DNA of 64,000 nucleotides from a virus. Its lineage: Duplodnaviria; Caudoviricetes. The notes beneath the pieces were generated by a model. The model was not told the origin of the DNA. It saw nothing but the letters and a program-made list of their open reading frames with translations, and searched no databases. The stretch's first letter is position 1; every line of letters begins with the position of its first letter. Where the stretch lies: the IMG/VR virus record IMGVR_UViG_2840904412_000002, positions 9,071-73,070 of that record; one strand, 5' to 3'. The position numbers and the translations under genes are program-made. Shown one piece after another: positions 1 through 10,879 of the stretch.

Positions 1-254
1 ATATAAAGAACCCTTATTTGTTGCTAATGTTATTCCTAGTGGAATAGGTATAGATACTATTACTGGTAGGAGCGGTAAAGGGTTTTTTGAACGACAACGA
101 GAAGAACGTATTGCAACATCTAAAGGAATAAGTGTAAAAGGCGGGGACTATACAGGAGTGTTTATTACACTAGAAAACGTAAAGTGGAATAAATCGTATA
201 TTCCTCTAGAAAGTGTCATAGAGTATTATAAGCAAACTAAAGAAGGTAGGATTA

Positions 255-1007
255 ATGTCTGAGATGTTTTATGAACAAGATATTAAAGATTTAATTAGAA
301 CTAAGAAACACTTATTCCTTGATGATGAAATTACGAGTAATATAGACGATATTAAGATATTTAATGAGAAAGTAATATGCCAAGGGAAATGTAGAACAGA
401 TTGCTTAGTACTAGACCGTAATGGTACAGTTATGGGGATAGAGATAAAAACAGAAAGAGACTCTACACAAAGATTAAATAAACAACTGTATTACTATAGT
501 CTAGTCTGTAAATATGTTTATGTATTTTGCCATGACAAACATGTACCTAAGGTAGAAAAGATACTCAAAGAACATAAACATGACCATGTAGGAATCATTA
601 GTTATATCAACTTCAGGAACAAACCTACAGTAGGTAAGTACAAACAAGCAACACCATCACCTTTCAGAAGCCCTTACCATACTTTAAATATATTATGGAA
701 GTACTCTTTACTAACTATGTTAAGAATCATTAGAGACTACCCTAAATATTATAATAAAAATGCAATACATACATTTAATAAAAATGGACATCAAAATGAG
801 TTAGCTACTAAGGGTACACAGTCTTTAAGAATGAAGAAGCCTGCTATCATTAATCAAATTATTGGTTTTATAGGAGTAGAAAAAACATATCAGTTATTTT
901 GTAGATGTGTGATATATGGGTATGATAATAGATGGCAACTTATTGATGAATCGTTTTTTGATGTAGTTAAGAATGGGGTGATTGGTATATATGAAGAAGA
1001 AAGATAA
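255..1007 (+). CDS. PD-(D/E)XK nuclease-fold protein (sce7726-like), conserved in Twort-like phages
   Basis: 250 aa; RTDCLV...GIEIKTERDSTQRLNKQL motif. Confidence 0.6.
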   Translation: MSEMFYEQDIKDLIRTKKHLFLDDEITSNIDDIKIFNEKVICQGKCRTDCLVLDRNGTVMGIEIKTERDSTQRLNKQLYYYSLVCKYVYVFCHDKHVPKVEKILKEHKHDHVGIISYINFRNKPTVGKYKQATPSPFRSPYHTLNILWKYSLLTMLRIIRDYPKYYNKNAIHTFNKNGHQNELATKGTQSLRMKKPAIINQIIGFIGVEKTYQLFCRCVIYGYDNRWQLIDESFFDVVKNGVIGIYEEER

Positions 1008-1413
1008 ACCAAAAAGAATATGGCACCAACCTGTTAACTTTGCTCCTACAAACAACCTAGCAGGAGCAAACCCTACATTTTTTCCTAAAAAGAGACAACG
1101 AGCTAAAGAGACAAAAGGTTATGAGTACCGTATTCAGCTTATTAAAAAGTTTGAGAATGTCTCAAATTCAGATGTTAGTATGCAAAAAAAATATATATTA
1201 AATCTTATTAGTCGAGACTTGCATTTACCTGAAAAATATATTACACTAAAACAGAAAGGTACTAAAAAAGAAACCATAATGTGTACAGATAGAGTATATT
1301 ATGTGTACCGTTCTAAAAAATTAATTGGTAAGTGCTCAATTAGAGAGCAAAGAACATTTAAAAATACTCATTTAATTTTTATATTTAAACTAAGGAAAAG
1401 GAAGATAAACTAA
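982..1413 (+). CDS. basic conserved hypothetical phage protein
   Basis: 143 aa ORF coupled to neighbours. Confidence 0.6.
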   Translation: MVYMKKKDKPKRIWHQPVNFAPTNNLAGANPTFFPKKRQRAKETKGYEYRIQLIKKFENVSNSDVSMQKKYILNLISRDLHLPEKYITLKQKGTKKETIMCTDRVYYVYRSKKLIGKCSIREQRTFKNTHLIFIFKLRKRKIN

Positions 1414-2205
1414 ATGGAAATGATTAATAAAGAAACCGCTATTAGTATGTCTACATTACTTAAAAAATTAAAAAAAGGACCTACTATTGTAGGTGCAGGA
1501 TATGGCTCCGAGCTATTCCCTTATCAGCTATTAGTAGAGCCTTATATAGAGGTAGAGGAATCTGAGGATGGGTTTTTGAAAGTGTACAATAAAGTATTTG
1601 TTCCTTCTCATAAAGTAACAGAGTTTAATAATTTCAGTATTGTATTGGAAAATGCTATGTTAGGCTACACTACTAAATTACAAAAGCAAAATAAAAATAC
1701 TTTTGATATTATGACTTCTTATAAGGAAGATAAAGATATTCACGAGTATGCTATTTCTAGTGTATTTGACAGTCCTACTATTACTAAGTCTTCTTTTACA
1801 ATTAGTAAAAAGAAGTTTACTGTGTATAAACTTACAGAAACACAAGTTACATCCTTAGACTTTAAAGACTTTACACATACACTATATTTAGTAGTACCGG
1901 AAGATGATGGCTTTCCTAAAGGTAGACTAAGTAAGACAGAAACACAACACTTTCTTAATCTATTCTCAGATACTAAAGTGATACCAGAAACAATTAACGC
2001 TGTATCTTCTTCAAGAAGTAATGTAAGTTTTGATATGTACGAACCTAATGGATTTATTCTTATTTTCAAAGCTAACATTTATGAATTAGGCTCTAAAAAC
2101 CACAATGTCTCTTTTCACAAAGACCTTATTAAAGGTAGTACTCTAGGTAATAACACTATTACAATACATTTGAAGAATTCACATGAATTACAGTTATTTT
2201 GGTAA
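1414..2205 (+). CDS. hypothetical protein
   Basis: 263 aa ORF abutting the upstream stop. Confidence 0.65.
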   Translation: MEMINKETAISMSTLLKKLKKGPTIVGAGYGSELFPYQLLVEPYIEVEESEDGFLKVYNKVFVPSHKVTEFNNFSIVLENAMLGYTTKLQKQNKNTFDIMTSYKEDKDIHEYAISSVFDSPTITKSSFTISKKKFTVYKLTETQVTSLDFKDFTHTLYLVVPEDDGFPKGRLSKTETQHFLNLFSDTKVIPETINAVSSSRSNVSFDMYEPNGFILIFKANIYELGSKNHNVSFHKDLIKGSTLGNNTITIHLKNSHELQLFW

Positions 2206-2534
2206 TATTTAGTCCAGTTCTATTATTTTTATATATAACAAAATAGTTAATAAAAATAATGACAAGTAGTGTAGTATAAAAAAGTAACAGTAAAATATTG
2301 AAAAATATTTTTATAATTTATATTCATTTTGAAAATAATTACCATAGAAATTTACTACTAGATAGTTAATAGTTTATTTCTATGGTTTTTTAAAAATAAA
2401 ATTTAGGAAAAATAGTGATATATTAAGTATGAAATACCCTTTGAAACCTTATTCTAAAAGGGTTATAGTAGTTTAATATAAAGTGTTTCAATATTAGTTT
2501 AACTTATTATATTAATAAAGGAAGATACATAAAT

Positions 2535-3263
2535 ATGGCTAGAAAAAAGATGAGAAATAAAAACGATAAGACTCTAAAAGTTGTACCCGAGAAGAAAAGT
2601 ATTCTTGTAGAGTTATACGAGAATAAACTTCTACGTACAAAAGTAGATAATGCAATTGATGAGGACCTAGGTTATGACTACATCATAGAACTATGTAAAG
2701 AGTATGGGTTAGAATTATCTAAGTCTGCTATTAGTAGATATAAAACTAAACGTAGAGAAGCTATTCAAAATGGTTGGGACTTAGGGGAATATATTGATGG
2801 AAGAAAGAAAAATAATGTTTCTTCTATTGAAGATAAAGAAGTAGATGTATCTAGTAAAGTAAACCCTTCACATCCATTTGAAGTAGCTAAGAAAAAAACA
2901 CAAGATATTTATGATGATATTGAGGTTCTTGATAATATTATCCAAGCAGGTGCTTTAGGATTACAATACGTAGATACTGTAGACCCTGCTCTAGCTATTA
3001 AGGCTATGGAAACTAAACATAAAATTACAAATGGACAGTTACAAGGAATGAGCCTTATTGGTATGCGTGAGCTTTTAGTTAAACAAAACGCCCGAGATAC
3101 CGCAATAACTCAAGTTATTCTAGAGTACATCCCAGAAGAAAAACATGAGGAAGTTATGGAGCGTTTAGAAGAAACAGAAAAAGAATTCTATGAAAACTTA
3201 GACCTAGATGAAGAAGATATGAAGTTAAAACAAGCATTGGATAGAGTAGGATACTCTATTTAG
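2535..3263 (+). CDS. conserved hypothetical protein (possible HTH near N-terminus)
   Basis: 242 aa, RBS AAAGGAAG; YIIELCKEYGLELSKSAISRY. Confidence 0.65.
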   Translation: MARKKMRNKNDKTLKVVPEKKSILVELYENKLLRTKVDNAIDEDLGYDYIIELCKEYGLELSKSAISRYKTKRREAIQNGWDLGEYIDGRKKNNVSSIEDKEVDVSSKVNPSHPFEVAKKKTQDIYDDIEVLDNIIQAGALGLQYVDTVDPALAIKAMETKHKITNGQLQGMSLIGMRELLVKQNARDTAITQVILEYIPEEKHEEVMERLEETEKEFYENLDLDEEDMKLKQALDRVGYSI

Positions 3264-3277
3264 AATAGGAGAAGTAT

Positions 3278-3742
3278 ATGGTAGAAGAAATAGTATTTAA
3301 ACAGTTAGAAGAGGCACAACCTATTAAAGAATTAAGTACAATTATTAGATATTTAGAAGAAGGTAAAGTTCTATTGGTTAAACAAGAAAACCAAGGAGAT
3401 ATTATTGTAAAACTTACAAGTAACAGTACAAATGGACATAAAATGACTTATATTAGCAGAGATATTAAAGAAGAGTCGAGCTACTATAAAAGACATTGGG
3501 CGCCTTTTGATATTAGTATTAATGCTTTTATTGCTTTTGATGTTTACTTAGCAGAAGATGTTAATAAGTATAATTATAATAATAAGTTTAATATTAAGGA
3601 TATTGTAGAATTTGTAGCAGGAGATAGTAAGGACATTGCTTATGTGCATGATGTATTTACTGATGGCAGTAAGTTTCTATACAGCTTAACAGGGGAAGAA
3701 AGATTATTTGAAGAATATGAATTACGTAAAGTTAATCGTTGA
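3278..3742 (+). CDS. hypothetical protein
   Basis: 154 aa, RBS AGGAGA. Confidence 0.65.
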   Translation: MVEEIVFKQLEEAQPIKELSTIIRYLEEGKVLLVKQENQGDIIVKLTSNSTNGHKMTYISRDIKEESSYYKRHWAPFDISINAFIAFDVYLAEDVNKYNYNNKFNIKDIVEFVAGDSKDIAYVHDVFTDGSKFLYSLTGEERLFEEYELRKVNR

Positions 3743-3797
3743 CAAAGTATATGAGTTATGGTAAAGTATGTATATACTTATTAAAGGAGAGATTATA

Positions 3798-4229
3798 ATG
3801 ATTATTTACTTAAATGAGGAAGAGAAAAATTTAGTAGGAGGTAAAAAGTATACTCCCCTAGAAGCTAAATTTAGAACTAAGAAAGAAAAAGATATTGTAG
3901 AGATGTATCGTAAAGGGCATCCTGTTACTGATATTTGCAATGTACATAATATTAGTATGGGATTACTATATACTGTAATTAACAACCATAAATTAGGTAA
4001 ACGCAATATTACGAAAAACCTACAAAAGAAAATTTCACATGTTTTAAATAATAAAGAAAAACTAGAAAACTTGTTGAATGATTATGGTAAGTTAACAAAT
4101 AAAGATATTTACCATAAGTACCAAATTCATAAAAACGGACTATATTATATCTTAGATTTATATAATATTGATAGAAAACAAGGTACTAAAGAAGAGGTAT
4201 TATCAGATAGTATTGTAATTGAAGAGTAA
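3798..4229 (+). CDS. putative HTH DNA-binding protein
   Basis: two HTH-like repeats (VTDICNVHNISMGLLY; NKDIYHKYQIHKNGLY); RBS AAGGAGAG favours a start at 3798; sigmaA-like promoter upstream. Confidence 0.55.
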   Translation: MIIYLNEEEKNLVGGKKYTPLEAKFRTKKEKDIVEMYRKGHPVTDICNVHNISMGLLYTVINNHKLGKRNITKNLQKKISHVLNNKEKLENLLNDYGKLTNKDIYHKYQIHKNGLYYILDLYNIDRKQGTKEEVLSDSIVIEE

Positions 4230-4241
4230 GGTGCTGATAGT

Positions 4242-4910
4242 ATGAATTATCAAGAAAGACTACGAGAAATTAGAAAAAATAGTACACAAAAAAAAGCTAG
4301 GACTAGCAAAAACTACACTTTAAGTGAGCTAGAAGTATCCCTATTTGATAAAGATAGTGATGTTATTAGTCCTTTTACAAGTGTAACTAAAGATGATATT
4401 ATTAAAGGTAATGAATTATTTATTGCTTCTTTACCTAATGATATAACACTTGAAGATGGGACTACTTTAGAGAAAGGACAATATATTGGTAATAGTATAG
4501 GTAGACTAGCAGATATGGAGAAACTAGAGGACTCAGGTATATATTCTAAAAGTCTTTATGAAAACGGACATAGAATTAACTTACTTGCAGTTATCAAAAA
4601 TCCTAAGTCTGTATATACACAAAAAGATTTAGTATTAGATGTTAAAAATAAAACTGAGGTTAAAGATATAACAACTAAAAGTGCTTTTGTAATATCTAAA
4701 CAAAAGGTAGATTACCTAGAGCTTGTAGATACCTACTATTTTGATAAGCTCATAGATGATGTCCTTAAAAATTATAATAACTTATCTAATCCTAATAACT
4801 TACTTAAGAGATATATTAAAAATAAAAAAACTTTAAGTGAGGGTAAAAGAATGATTTATTGTCCTTTACTAGATGAATGTTTAGCTATAGTAGGTGACTC
4901 TAATGAGTAG
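4242..4910 (+). CDS. hypothetical protein
   Basis: 222 aa ORF. Confidence 0.6.
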   Translation: MNYQERLREIRKNSTQKKARTSKNYTLSELEVSLFDKDSDVISPFTSVTKDDIIKGNELFIASLPNDITLEDGTTLEKGQYIGNSIGRLADMEKLEDSGIYSKSLYENGHRINLLAVIKNPKSVYTQKDLVLDVKNKTEVKDITTKSAFVISKQKVDYLELVDTYYFDKLIDDVLKNYNNLSNPNNLLKRYIKNKKTLSEGKRMIYCPLLDECLAIVGDSNE

Positions 4911-5298
4911 TAAGAAGTGGTTATTTTATATCATAGTATTAGCTGTGTTAACAAGTGCTGTGTTTGCATACTCGTGGACTTCTATATACTATGAGAAAAA
5001 CACGTATGAATCTGGTGTAGTACAAGACAGTGAAGTAAATAACACAAAGAATAATGGTGACGTAGAGTATGTTACAACAGTAACACTAAAAAAAGATACG
5101 GATAAAAAAGCTACCTTTATGAATGATTTACCTAACTTCTTACCTGGTAGGATAGATAATAAAACAATAGATAAGAGTTTCTATAAATCTAGTGATTTTC
5201 GTGAAGGAGAGAGATTCAAGCTCTACAGAATATACACAAAAGATAGCAATGGTGAAGTAATTCATAAATACCGTTTTGAAAAGGAAGTAGATAAATAG
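4894..5298 (+). CDS. membrane-anchored protein
   Basis: N-terminal hydrophobic helix WLFYIIVLAVLTSAVFA. Confidence 0.6.
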   Translation: MTLMSSKKWLFYIIVLAVLTSAVFAYSWTSIYYEKNTYESGVVQDSEVNNTKNNGDVEYVTTVTLKKDTDKKATFMNDLPNFLPGRIDNKTIDKSFYKSSDFREGERFKLYRIYTKDSNGEVIHKYRFEKEVDK

Positions 5299-5419
5299 TG
5301 GCTCCGCTAACTATATCAATTGTAGTAGGTATCTGTATTGTATACTATTTATTGGAGAAAGATTAGGTCAAGAAAACACTTGACCTTTTTTATTTGTCTA
5401 TATATAATAATGAGTAGAG

Positions 5420-5668
5420 GTGATAGATGTGGGAAATTTAAAAACATTTTATGAGGAAGTCAGACATTTGGAAAATAGAAATATTGCTAAAGACCAAGTA
5501 ATATTAGAGGCAATGGAGACATATAGTAGATTAAGAGGAACATTAACAAATAGGCAATTAAGTATTGACATCTTTTTAAATTATGGTATAGTAGAATATA
5601 TGAAGTATAAAAAACATTTACGTAGGTTACAAAAGTGTGTTTTAAATACATATACGGAAGGAGAATAA
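5420..5668 (+). CDS. hypothetical protein
   Basis: 82 aa ORF downstream of a promoter. Confidence 0.5.
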   Translation: MIDVGNLKTFYEEVRHLENRNIAKDQVILEAMETYSRLRGTLTNRQLSIDIFLNYGIVEYMKYKKHLRRLQKCVLNTYTEGE

Positions 5669-5670
5669 CT

Positions 5671-5892
5671 ATGATTAAAGAAAAGTTTTATAATGAATTG
5701 AGTTACTACAGAGATGGACATAAAGATTTGGAAAGTATGTTTGAGTTAGCATTAGAGTATATTAACAAGTTAGAAGAAGAGGAACAAGCAATAGCTGAGT
5801 ATGAAGAGACTATCGATGAGAATTTAGAAGATGCTATTGATACAATTGAAAGCCAGTTAGAGATTATCAAAGATTTGGTTAAATGGACGTAA
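5671..5892 (+). CDS. acidic coiled-coil hypothetical protein
   Basis: RBS GAAGGAGA before ATG at 5671. Confidence 0.55.
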   Translation: MIKEKFYNELSYYRDGHKDLESMFELALEYINKLEEEEQAIAEYEETIDENLEDAIDTIESQLEIIKDLVKWT

Positions 5893-6060
5893 TTTGATGA
5901 GTAGTTTTGATGAATTCCTCAAGAAAGAGATTAAAAAAGTTAAAAAACCGTATAGTAAACAAAAGAAGAAAGTAGAAACACCTATAGAAGAAGTACAAGA
6001 AAAGTTAGCTAAAATTAGAAGTAAATCAAATTATATGGACTTAGGTAGGAGGTATAATAA

Positions 6061-6267
6061 ATGAAATCATACACAAGCAAAAGAGTATCTGCTAGTATTG
6101 AGGAAATGAAGCAACACAAAGACTTTAGATTATTATTTGGGTTTGATGATGTAACTTTGTATCTACTTAGTGAACAAGAAAATGCTAAAACATTCCCAAT
6201 GGATAAGAAAGAACTAGATAAAGTAGAGAAGAAATATTCTAAAGAGAAGTTCTTCACATACTTATAA
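6061..6267 (+). CDS. hypothetical protein
   Basis: RBS AGGAGG, 68 aa. Confidence 0.6.
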   Translation: MKSYTSKRVSASIEEMKQHKDFRLLFGFDDVTLYLLSEQENAKTFPMDKKELDKVEKKYSKEKFFTYL

Positions 6268-6279
6268 AGAGGTGAATTT

Positions 6280-6480
6280 ATGTTAGTAGCGTTAGTAGGT
6301 ATTTGGTCTTTACTATTTATATGTGTAGTATTAAATATCAAATTAAATAATATTTTCGTTATAGGAGATTACGTAGAGTTTAAGGACAGGGTTGTAGCAA
6401 CAGTATTTTTCTTATTCTTAAGTTTAACTATGGTTATTGGATTATTAATTATATTCAAAGGAGTATATGGACAATGGTAA
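6280..6480 (+). CDS. small membrane protein
   Basis: two hydrophobic segments, RBS GAGGTG. Confidence 0.55.
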   Translation: MLVALVGIWSLLFICVVLNIKLNNIFVIGDYVEFKDRVVATVFFLFLSLTMVIGLLIIFKGVYGQW

Positions 6481-6752
6481 AAGAGAATATTAAAGAACTT
6501 TTAGGATGTATCTGTAATTGTGTAGATTCCTTTATGCCAACAGGAAAAAGTTACGTAATTTATACTGATAATAAAGTGATTGTTAAGCACAAGGGTAGTA
6601 TTGTTGTAATTATTGAAGATGATGTAGTATATGGTAATGTCTCTCAACTAAAAACTGGTACTATAGAGAAGCAAACATTATACACTTTAGTTAAAGCACT
6701 TCAATATTTAGTAAGTTTAGATTATCGTGAAAGAGAAGATGTAAATATTTAA
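6474..6752 (+). CDS. hypothetical protein
   Basis: 92 aa, RBS AAGGAG. Confidence 0.55.
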   Translation: MVKENIKELLGCICNCVDSFMPTGKSYVIYTDNKVIVKHKGSIVVIIEDDVVYGNVSQLKTGTIEKQTLYTLVKALQYLVSLDYREREDVNI

Positions 6753-6830
6753 AAAAGTTTAGGGAATCTGTTGACATTCAGATTCCCTTTTGTTATACTT
6801 TAATTAAGATAAGAAAAGGAGTTGTTTATT

Positions 6831-7415
6831 ATGAAAAAAGTATTTATTGCAGGAAGTTTAGGTTTAATGCTATTCGTGGGTGGTTGTGGTAATCAGCCAA
6901 CACACCATCAAGAAGTAACTTTAGAAGACAGAGACACACAAACTGAAGAAGTAAAAGCACAAGATAATAATAGTAATCAAACAGCAGAGTTTAATGGAGA
7001 AGTTAATCCAAATGGTAACGGAGCTCCACAACATGTTACGAATACACCTAGTGGAGATAAAGAAGTAACAGAGTTATTTGAGAAAGATTTTCAAGATATT
7101 GCAGACCAAACTGCTACCCTAAGAGGCTCTATTGATGGGTTTATAAGCTCTGAAACAAATATTAAAGCAGGAACTTCTGTGTTAAAGGCAAATAGAATTG
7201 TAGACCATGTAGATGCACTTTATGACACTACAGAAGACGAGACAATTATTAAAGGACAACTACAACAAATGGCTGACTTATATAAGAAATCAGCGGACAA
7301 CCTTGAGAGATATGAAGACACTTTAGATGAGCAATACTTAAATAGAGGTAAAGAACAATATCAACAAGCATATGATTTAGAAATTCAAGCTAAGCAAGGT
7401 ACTAATATAATTTAG
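6831..7415 (+). CDS. lipoprotein
   Basis: MKK + hydrophobic core + lipobox-like FVGGC; own TTGACA promoter. Confidence 0.65.
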   Translation: MKKVFIAGSLGLMLFVGGCGNQPTHHQEVTLEDRDTQTEEVKAQDNNSNQTAEFNGEVNPNGNGAPQHVTNTPSGDKEVTELFEKDFQDIADQTATLRGSIDGFISSETNIKAGTSVLKANRIVDHVDALYDTTEDETIIKGQLQQMADLYKKSADNLERYEDTLDEQYLNRGKEQYQQAYDLEIQAKQGTNII

Positions 7416-7427
7416 GGGGAATAAACA

Positions 7428-9317
7428 ATGAAATTTAAAAAATTACAAAAATCACCAGAAGAACTAATTATAAATTCTAAAGCTGTGACAGGCTCAACAT
7501 TAGTATATGGGGATAAGATTTACTATAAATCAAAGAAAGACAAAGTAGATGTACTAGCACCCTTAGATATGTTTTATGATATAAAATATGTGCTTAATAA
7601 TACTACTGCATCTATTATTTTATTTAGAGCTTTATGTGGACACCCTAAATTAACAAAATTTAAAGGAGACTACAAAGAAGTATTATATAAAATTAATGAA
7701 GAAAAAGTAAAATTCAATAACTTAGATTATGAGTACTTTTACAATGACCAAGTAAAACTTGATTCACAAGAAGAACAAGAAAAACTAACCAACTTTCTTT
7801 CACTTCCTTTAAATGAGAAAATCCAGTACAAATCAGTAAGACGCAGAGAGCACGTACGAGACTCACATAGCTATCAAAATATGTATTCTTATCCTTGGGT
7901 TGTTAATAGGTACTCTACTGAAGAGAAAGCTAAACTCAAAGAACTATATACTAGTGTAGGGTCTACTCTATCTGATATTGTATTTGATAATTTATATTCT
8001 AATGGTAAAGGTCATATGTATGATAAAGATAATATGACATTATTAAAGTTAATAGGAATGTTTGAACCTCAATCATACAATGGTAATAGTTATTATGTTA
8101 AAGTAAAATATTTTAGAGACTTAGAAGATATTCTGCCAGAAACTAAAATTAAAGAATCACACCTAAATACTAAGACTGGAGACTTATATATTAAAGTAGA
8201 TGGTGCTTACTCATACAGCTTCTCTATGAACATATATAAAGAAGAGTATACCAAGGAATACTATAAACAAGGCTTAACTTTTAAAACATTAGTAGAGGCA
8301 ATAAAGATACACTATATTAAATATAGTTCTATGACAAACAATGTATTATCACAACTTAACAATGACATAGTAAAAAGCGTTTTAGTATTAGATAGAATTA
8401 TTAATTCTCCTTATACTGAGCTATTTGACAATGTGTCTAACTATATAACTATACCTAAAACAAAAAAGTGGAAACTACAAGATTTATTAGGTATTTCTAA
8501 ACAACAGCTAGAAAAATTAAATGAGTACAATAAGCATGAACAACGCAATTATATTATGATGGTAGATATATTAAAAACATATTATAAAGCACTTTACACA
8601 GAAGAAAACTTAAATAAGTTAAATGATACCACATTTTTAATGTTAAACCATAATCACTCTATCGTATATGTACTTAGAGAATTGAGCAAATACTATAGTA
8701 TTAGTTTCTCACAATTAAAAAAGATAGTAGAATACGTGGATGTAGATGCTCATGAAAGACAATGTATTGGGAATGTTAAATATACTTATATTGATTATAT
8801 AAGAATCTATCAAAGGCTAGTTAGTGCGGGATACAGAACTTTAGACAGTATTAATTTCACACCATTTTCTTTAAAGTTAGAACATGATATTATATCTCAT
8901 GAATATGTAATGTTGAAAGACGATGTTGATGACTCGATATTAGAAAGTAAATATGACTCAACTTATGATGTCATCACAAAGAAAAAATATAAGTACAATG
9001 GTGAGAATATTGTATTCCTTCCTGCAGACTCTAAAGATAAACTAAAGGATGAGGGTAAGAGTTTATCTCATTGCGTTGGTGGATATACATCTAGAATTAT
9101 AGAAGGTAAATGCGTAATATTCCTTGCTCGTAAAGAAAAAAATATTGATGAGTCATGGTTTACAGTTGAAATTAGAAAGACTGTTAATGGTTTAGTCTTA
9201 GGGCAACAACAGTCTATTAATAAATATAAGTTGCCACCTGAATTAAAAGAACAACTAGAAAAAGATATTAGAAAGATTAATGCAAAGCATCAAGATGAAT
9301 TACAGAAAGCCTCTTGA
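7428..9317 (+). CDS. PcfJ-domain protein
   Basis: 629 aa; C-terminal LKDEGKSLSHCVGGY...CVIFLAR...FTVEIR typical of PcfJ-like domains. Confidence 0.7.
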   Translation: MKFKKLQKSPEELIINSKAVTGSTLVYGDKIYYKSKKDKVDVLAPLDMFYDIKYVLNNTTASIILFRALCGHPKLTKFKGDYKEVLYKINEEKVKFNNLDYEYFYNDQVKLDSQEEQEKLTNFLSLPLNEKIQYKSVRRREHVRDSHSYQNMYSYPWVVNRYSTEEKAKLKELYTSVGSTLSDIVFDNLYSNGKGHMYDKDNMTLLKLIGMFEPQSYNGNSYYVKVKYFRDLEDILPETKIKESHLNTKTGDLYIKVDGAYSYSFSMNIYKEEYTKEYYKQGLTFKTLVEAIKIHYIKYSSMTNNVLSQLNNDIVKSVLVLDRIINSPYTELFDNVSNYITIPKTKKWKLQDLLGISKQQLEKLNEYNKHEQRNYIMMVDILKTYYKALYTEENLNKLNDTTFLMLNHNHSIVYVLRELSKYYSISFSQLKKIVEYVDVDAHERQCIGNVKYTYIDYIRIYQRLVSAGYRTLDSINFTPFSLKLEHDIISHEYVMLKDDVDDSILESKYDSTYDVITKKKYKYNGENIVFLPADSKDKLKDEGKSLSHCVGGYTSRIIEGKCVIFLARKEKNIDESWFTVEIRKTVNGLVLGQQQSINKYKLPPELKEQLEKDIRKINAKHQDELQKAS

Positions 9318-9355
9318 CAGAGGTTCTTCTGTAGTATATAATAAGGGGGAATTAT

Positions 9356-9673
9356 ATGAGGTCTAGGGAGTATTATGAAAATAAAGCTAAAAAGAAGATT
9401 ACTAGGATTTTCAAAAAGCAAATAAAAAGAAAATACAAGGAAGAAACTAAAAAAGGTAAATTTACAACATTTACTTACAAAGAAATTGAAATAGAAAGCG
9501 CATATGGAAATTTGTATTTATTTAGTATTCATAGAGAATTATTACTAGATTGTTTTATTAAAGCATTGGAAGAGCTGAACACCAAGTATAACATATCTTA
9601 TAATACCGATACATGGTATTTTACAATAAAAAGTAAAAAGATTAATAAAAAATATAAGGAGTGTGTATCTTAA
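9356..9673 (+). CDS. hypothetical protein
   Basis: 105 aa, promoter and RBS. Confidence 0.55.
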   Translation: MRSREYYENKAKKKITRIFKKQIKRKYKEETKKGKFTTFTYKEIEIESAYGNLYLFSIHRELLLDCFIKALEELNTKYNISYNTDTWYFTIKSKKINKKYKECVS

Positions 9674-9876
9674 TGAAACACGTAGAATTAAGAGAAGATG
9701 AATTAGGAAATCAATATATTTTCTTCCATAAGAGTGATGTAGAACCAAAATATGCTGTTCCATGCTTAGACTTAAATAAAGGGACTTTAGGTATGGTAGA
9801 AAAGATAGATATTGCAGAAGTATTTCCATTGTTAGTAGGACACATTGACACAAATGATTTGAAAAAATATATTTAG
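9673..9876 (+). CDS. hypothetical protein
   Basis: TAATG stop/start overlap. Confidence 0.5.
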   Translation: MKHVELREDELGNQYIFFHKSDVEPKYAVPCLDLNKGTLGMVEKIDIAEVFPLLVGHIDTNDLKKYI

Positions 9877-9896
9877 GGAAGAATTTTATAAGTAAT

Positions 9897-9968
9897 CTAG
9901 ACTTAGGTGTTGACATTAACCTAAGTCTTTTGTATAATTAAGATATAGATAAGGAGGAATTAATTATG
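9897..9968 (+). repeat. duplicated hairpin-promoter-RBS cassette (second copy ~11804-11874)
   Basis: TAGACTTAGG...CCTAAGTCTTTTGTATAATTAA..TATAGATAAGGAGGAATTAATTATG occurs twice. Confidence 0.8.
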
Positions 9969-10313
9969 AATAAGAATCTAAAGGTAGTACTAGGAGTTGT
10001 TATTTTATTGTTTGTCTTGGTGAGTTGTGTTAGAACACTATCTACTCCCGATTATGTAGGAGAATGGGAATCTATAGAAGACGGATATGCACATGAATGG
10101 GTTGAGTTTACCAAAGATAAAATGATAGTTAGTGGTAAAGAATATGACATTGAAGCGGAAGAAAAGGGAGAGTCCTCACGCATTAAAGTAAAAGATGTTA
10201 ACGGAGATGTGCAAATTGACCTTATTATTGCTTTTAAAGATAAGGATAATGCAACTGTGTATGCGGAAAGTACATTTAGTGATGCACAGGTATTTGACAT
10301 CGTAAGAAAGTAG
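9966..10313 (+). CDS. lipoprotein / exported beta-rich protein
   Basis: signal peptide with LVSC; YVGEWES motif. Confidence 0.6.
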   Translation: MNKNLKVVLGVVILLFVLVSCVRTLSTPDYVGEWESIEDGYAHEWVEFTKDKMIVSGKEYDIEAEEKGESSRIKVKDVNGDVQIDLIIAFKDKDNATVYAESTFSDAQVFDIVRK

Positions 10314-10321
10314 GTTATGTT

Positions 10322-10876
10322 ATGGACTATGTAAACCAGAAAGGAATTGTAAAAGAGAGTCAAGTCAATTTAACTAAACATGCTTTTGAAAGATACCAAC
10401 TTAGATTCGGTAAACATACTAGAGAACAAGCTATAAGTTGGATTACAATGGCTTTAAATAACGCTACTTACTTATCTAATGCTAATGGTAGGTCTACTTA
10501 TGAGTATGATAATGCTAGAATAGTTGTAGATAAACATATGAATGTTATTACTATTATGAAAGAAGAGCTTGACTGGAACTCTATTAAAGATACAAGAAGT
10601 GATATAGAAGAGTTTATTATAAAGAAGCTAAGAAAAGAAGTAAAACCTTTTTTAAGGGTAGATAAAGAGTTACAAATCTCTATCTATGAAAAAGAAATTA
10701 ATAAGTTAAAGACTAATAATCCTACAACTAAAGAATATATTCAAAAAGATATTGACGAACTACTCAATAACAAGGAAAATAACATTACTAAGATTCAAGG
10801 AATTATTAGAACTGCTAAAAAGTATTACGTAAAACCAAATGATATAGTAAAAAACTTAGAAAGCTATGAGGTGTAG
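10322..10876 (+). CDS. hypothetical protein (N-terminal LTKHAFERY, RelE/BrnT-like fold candidate)
   Basis: 184 aa. Confidence 0.5.
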   Translation: MDYVNQKGIVKESQVNLTKHAFERYQLRFGKHTREQAISWITMALNNATYLSNANGRSTYEYDNARIVVDKHMNVITIMKEELDWNSIKDTRSDIEEFIIKKLRKEVKPFLRVDKELQISIYEKEINKLKTNNPTTKEYIQKDIDELLNNKENNITKIQGIIRTAKKYYVKPNDIVKNLESYEV

Positions 10877-10879
10877 GTT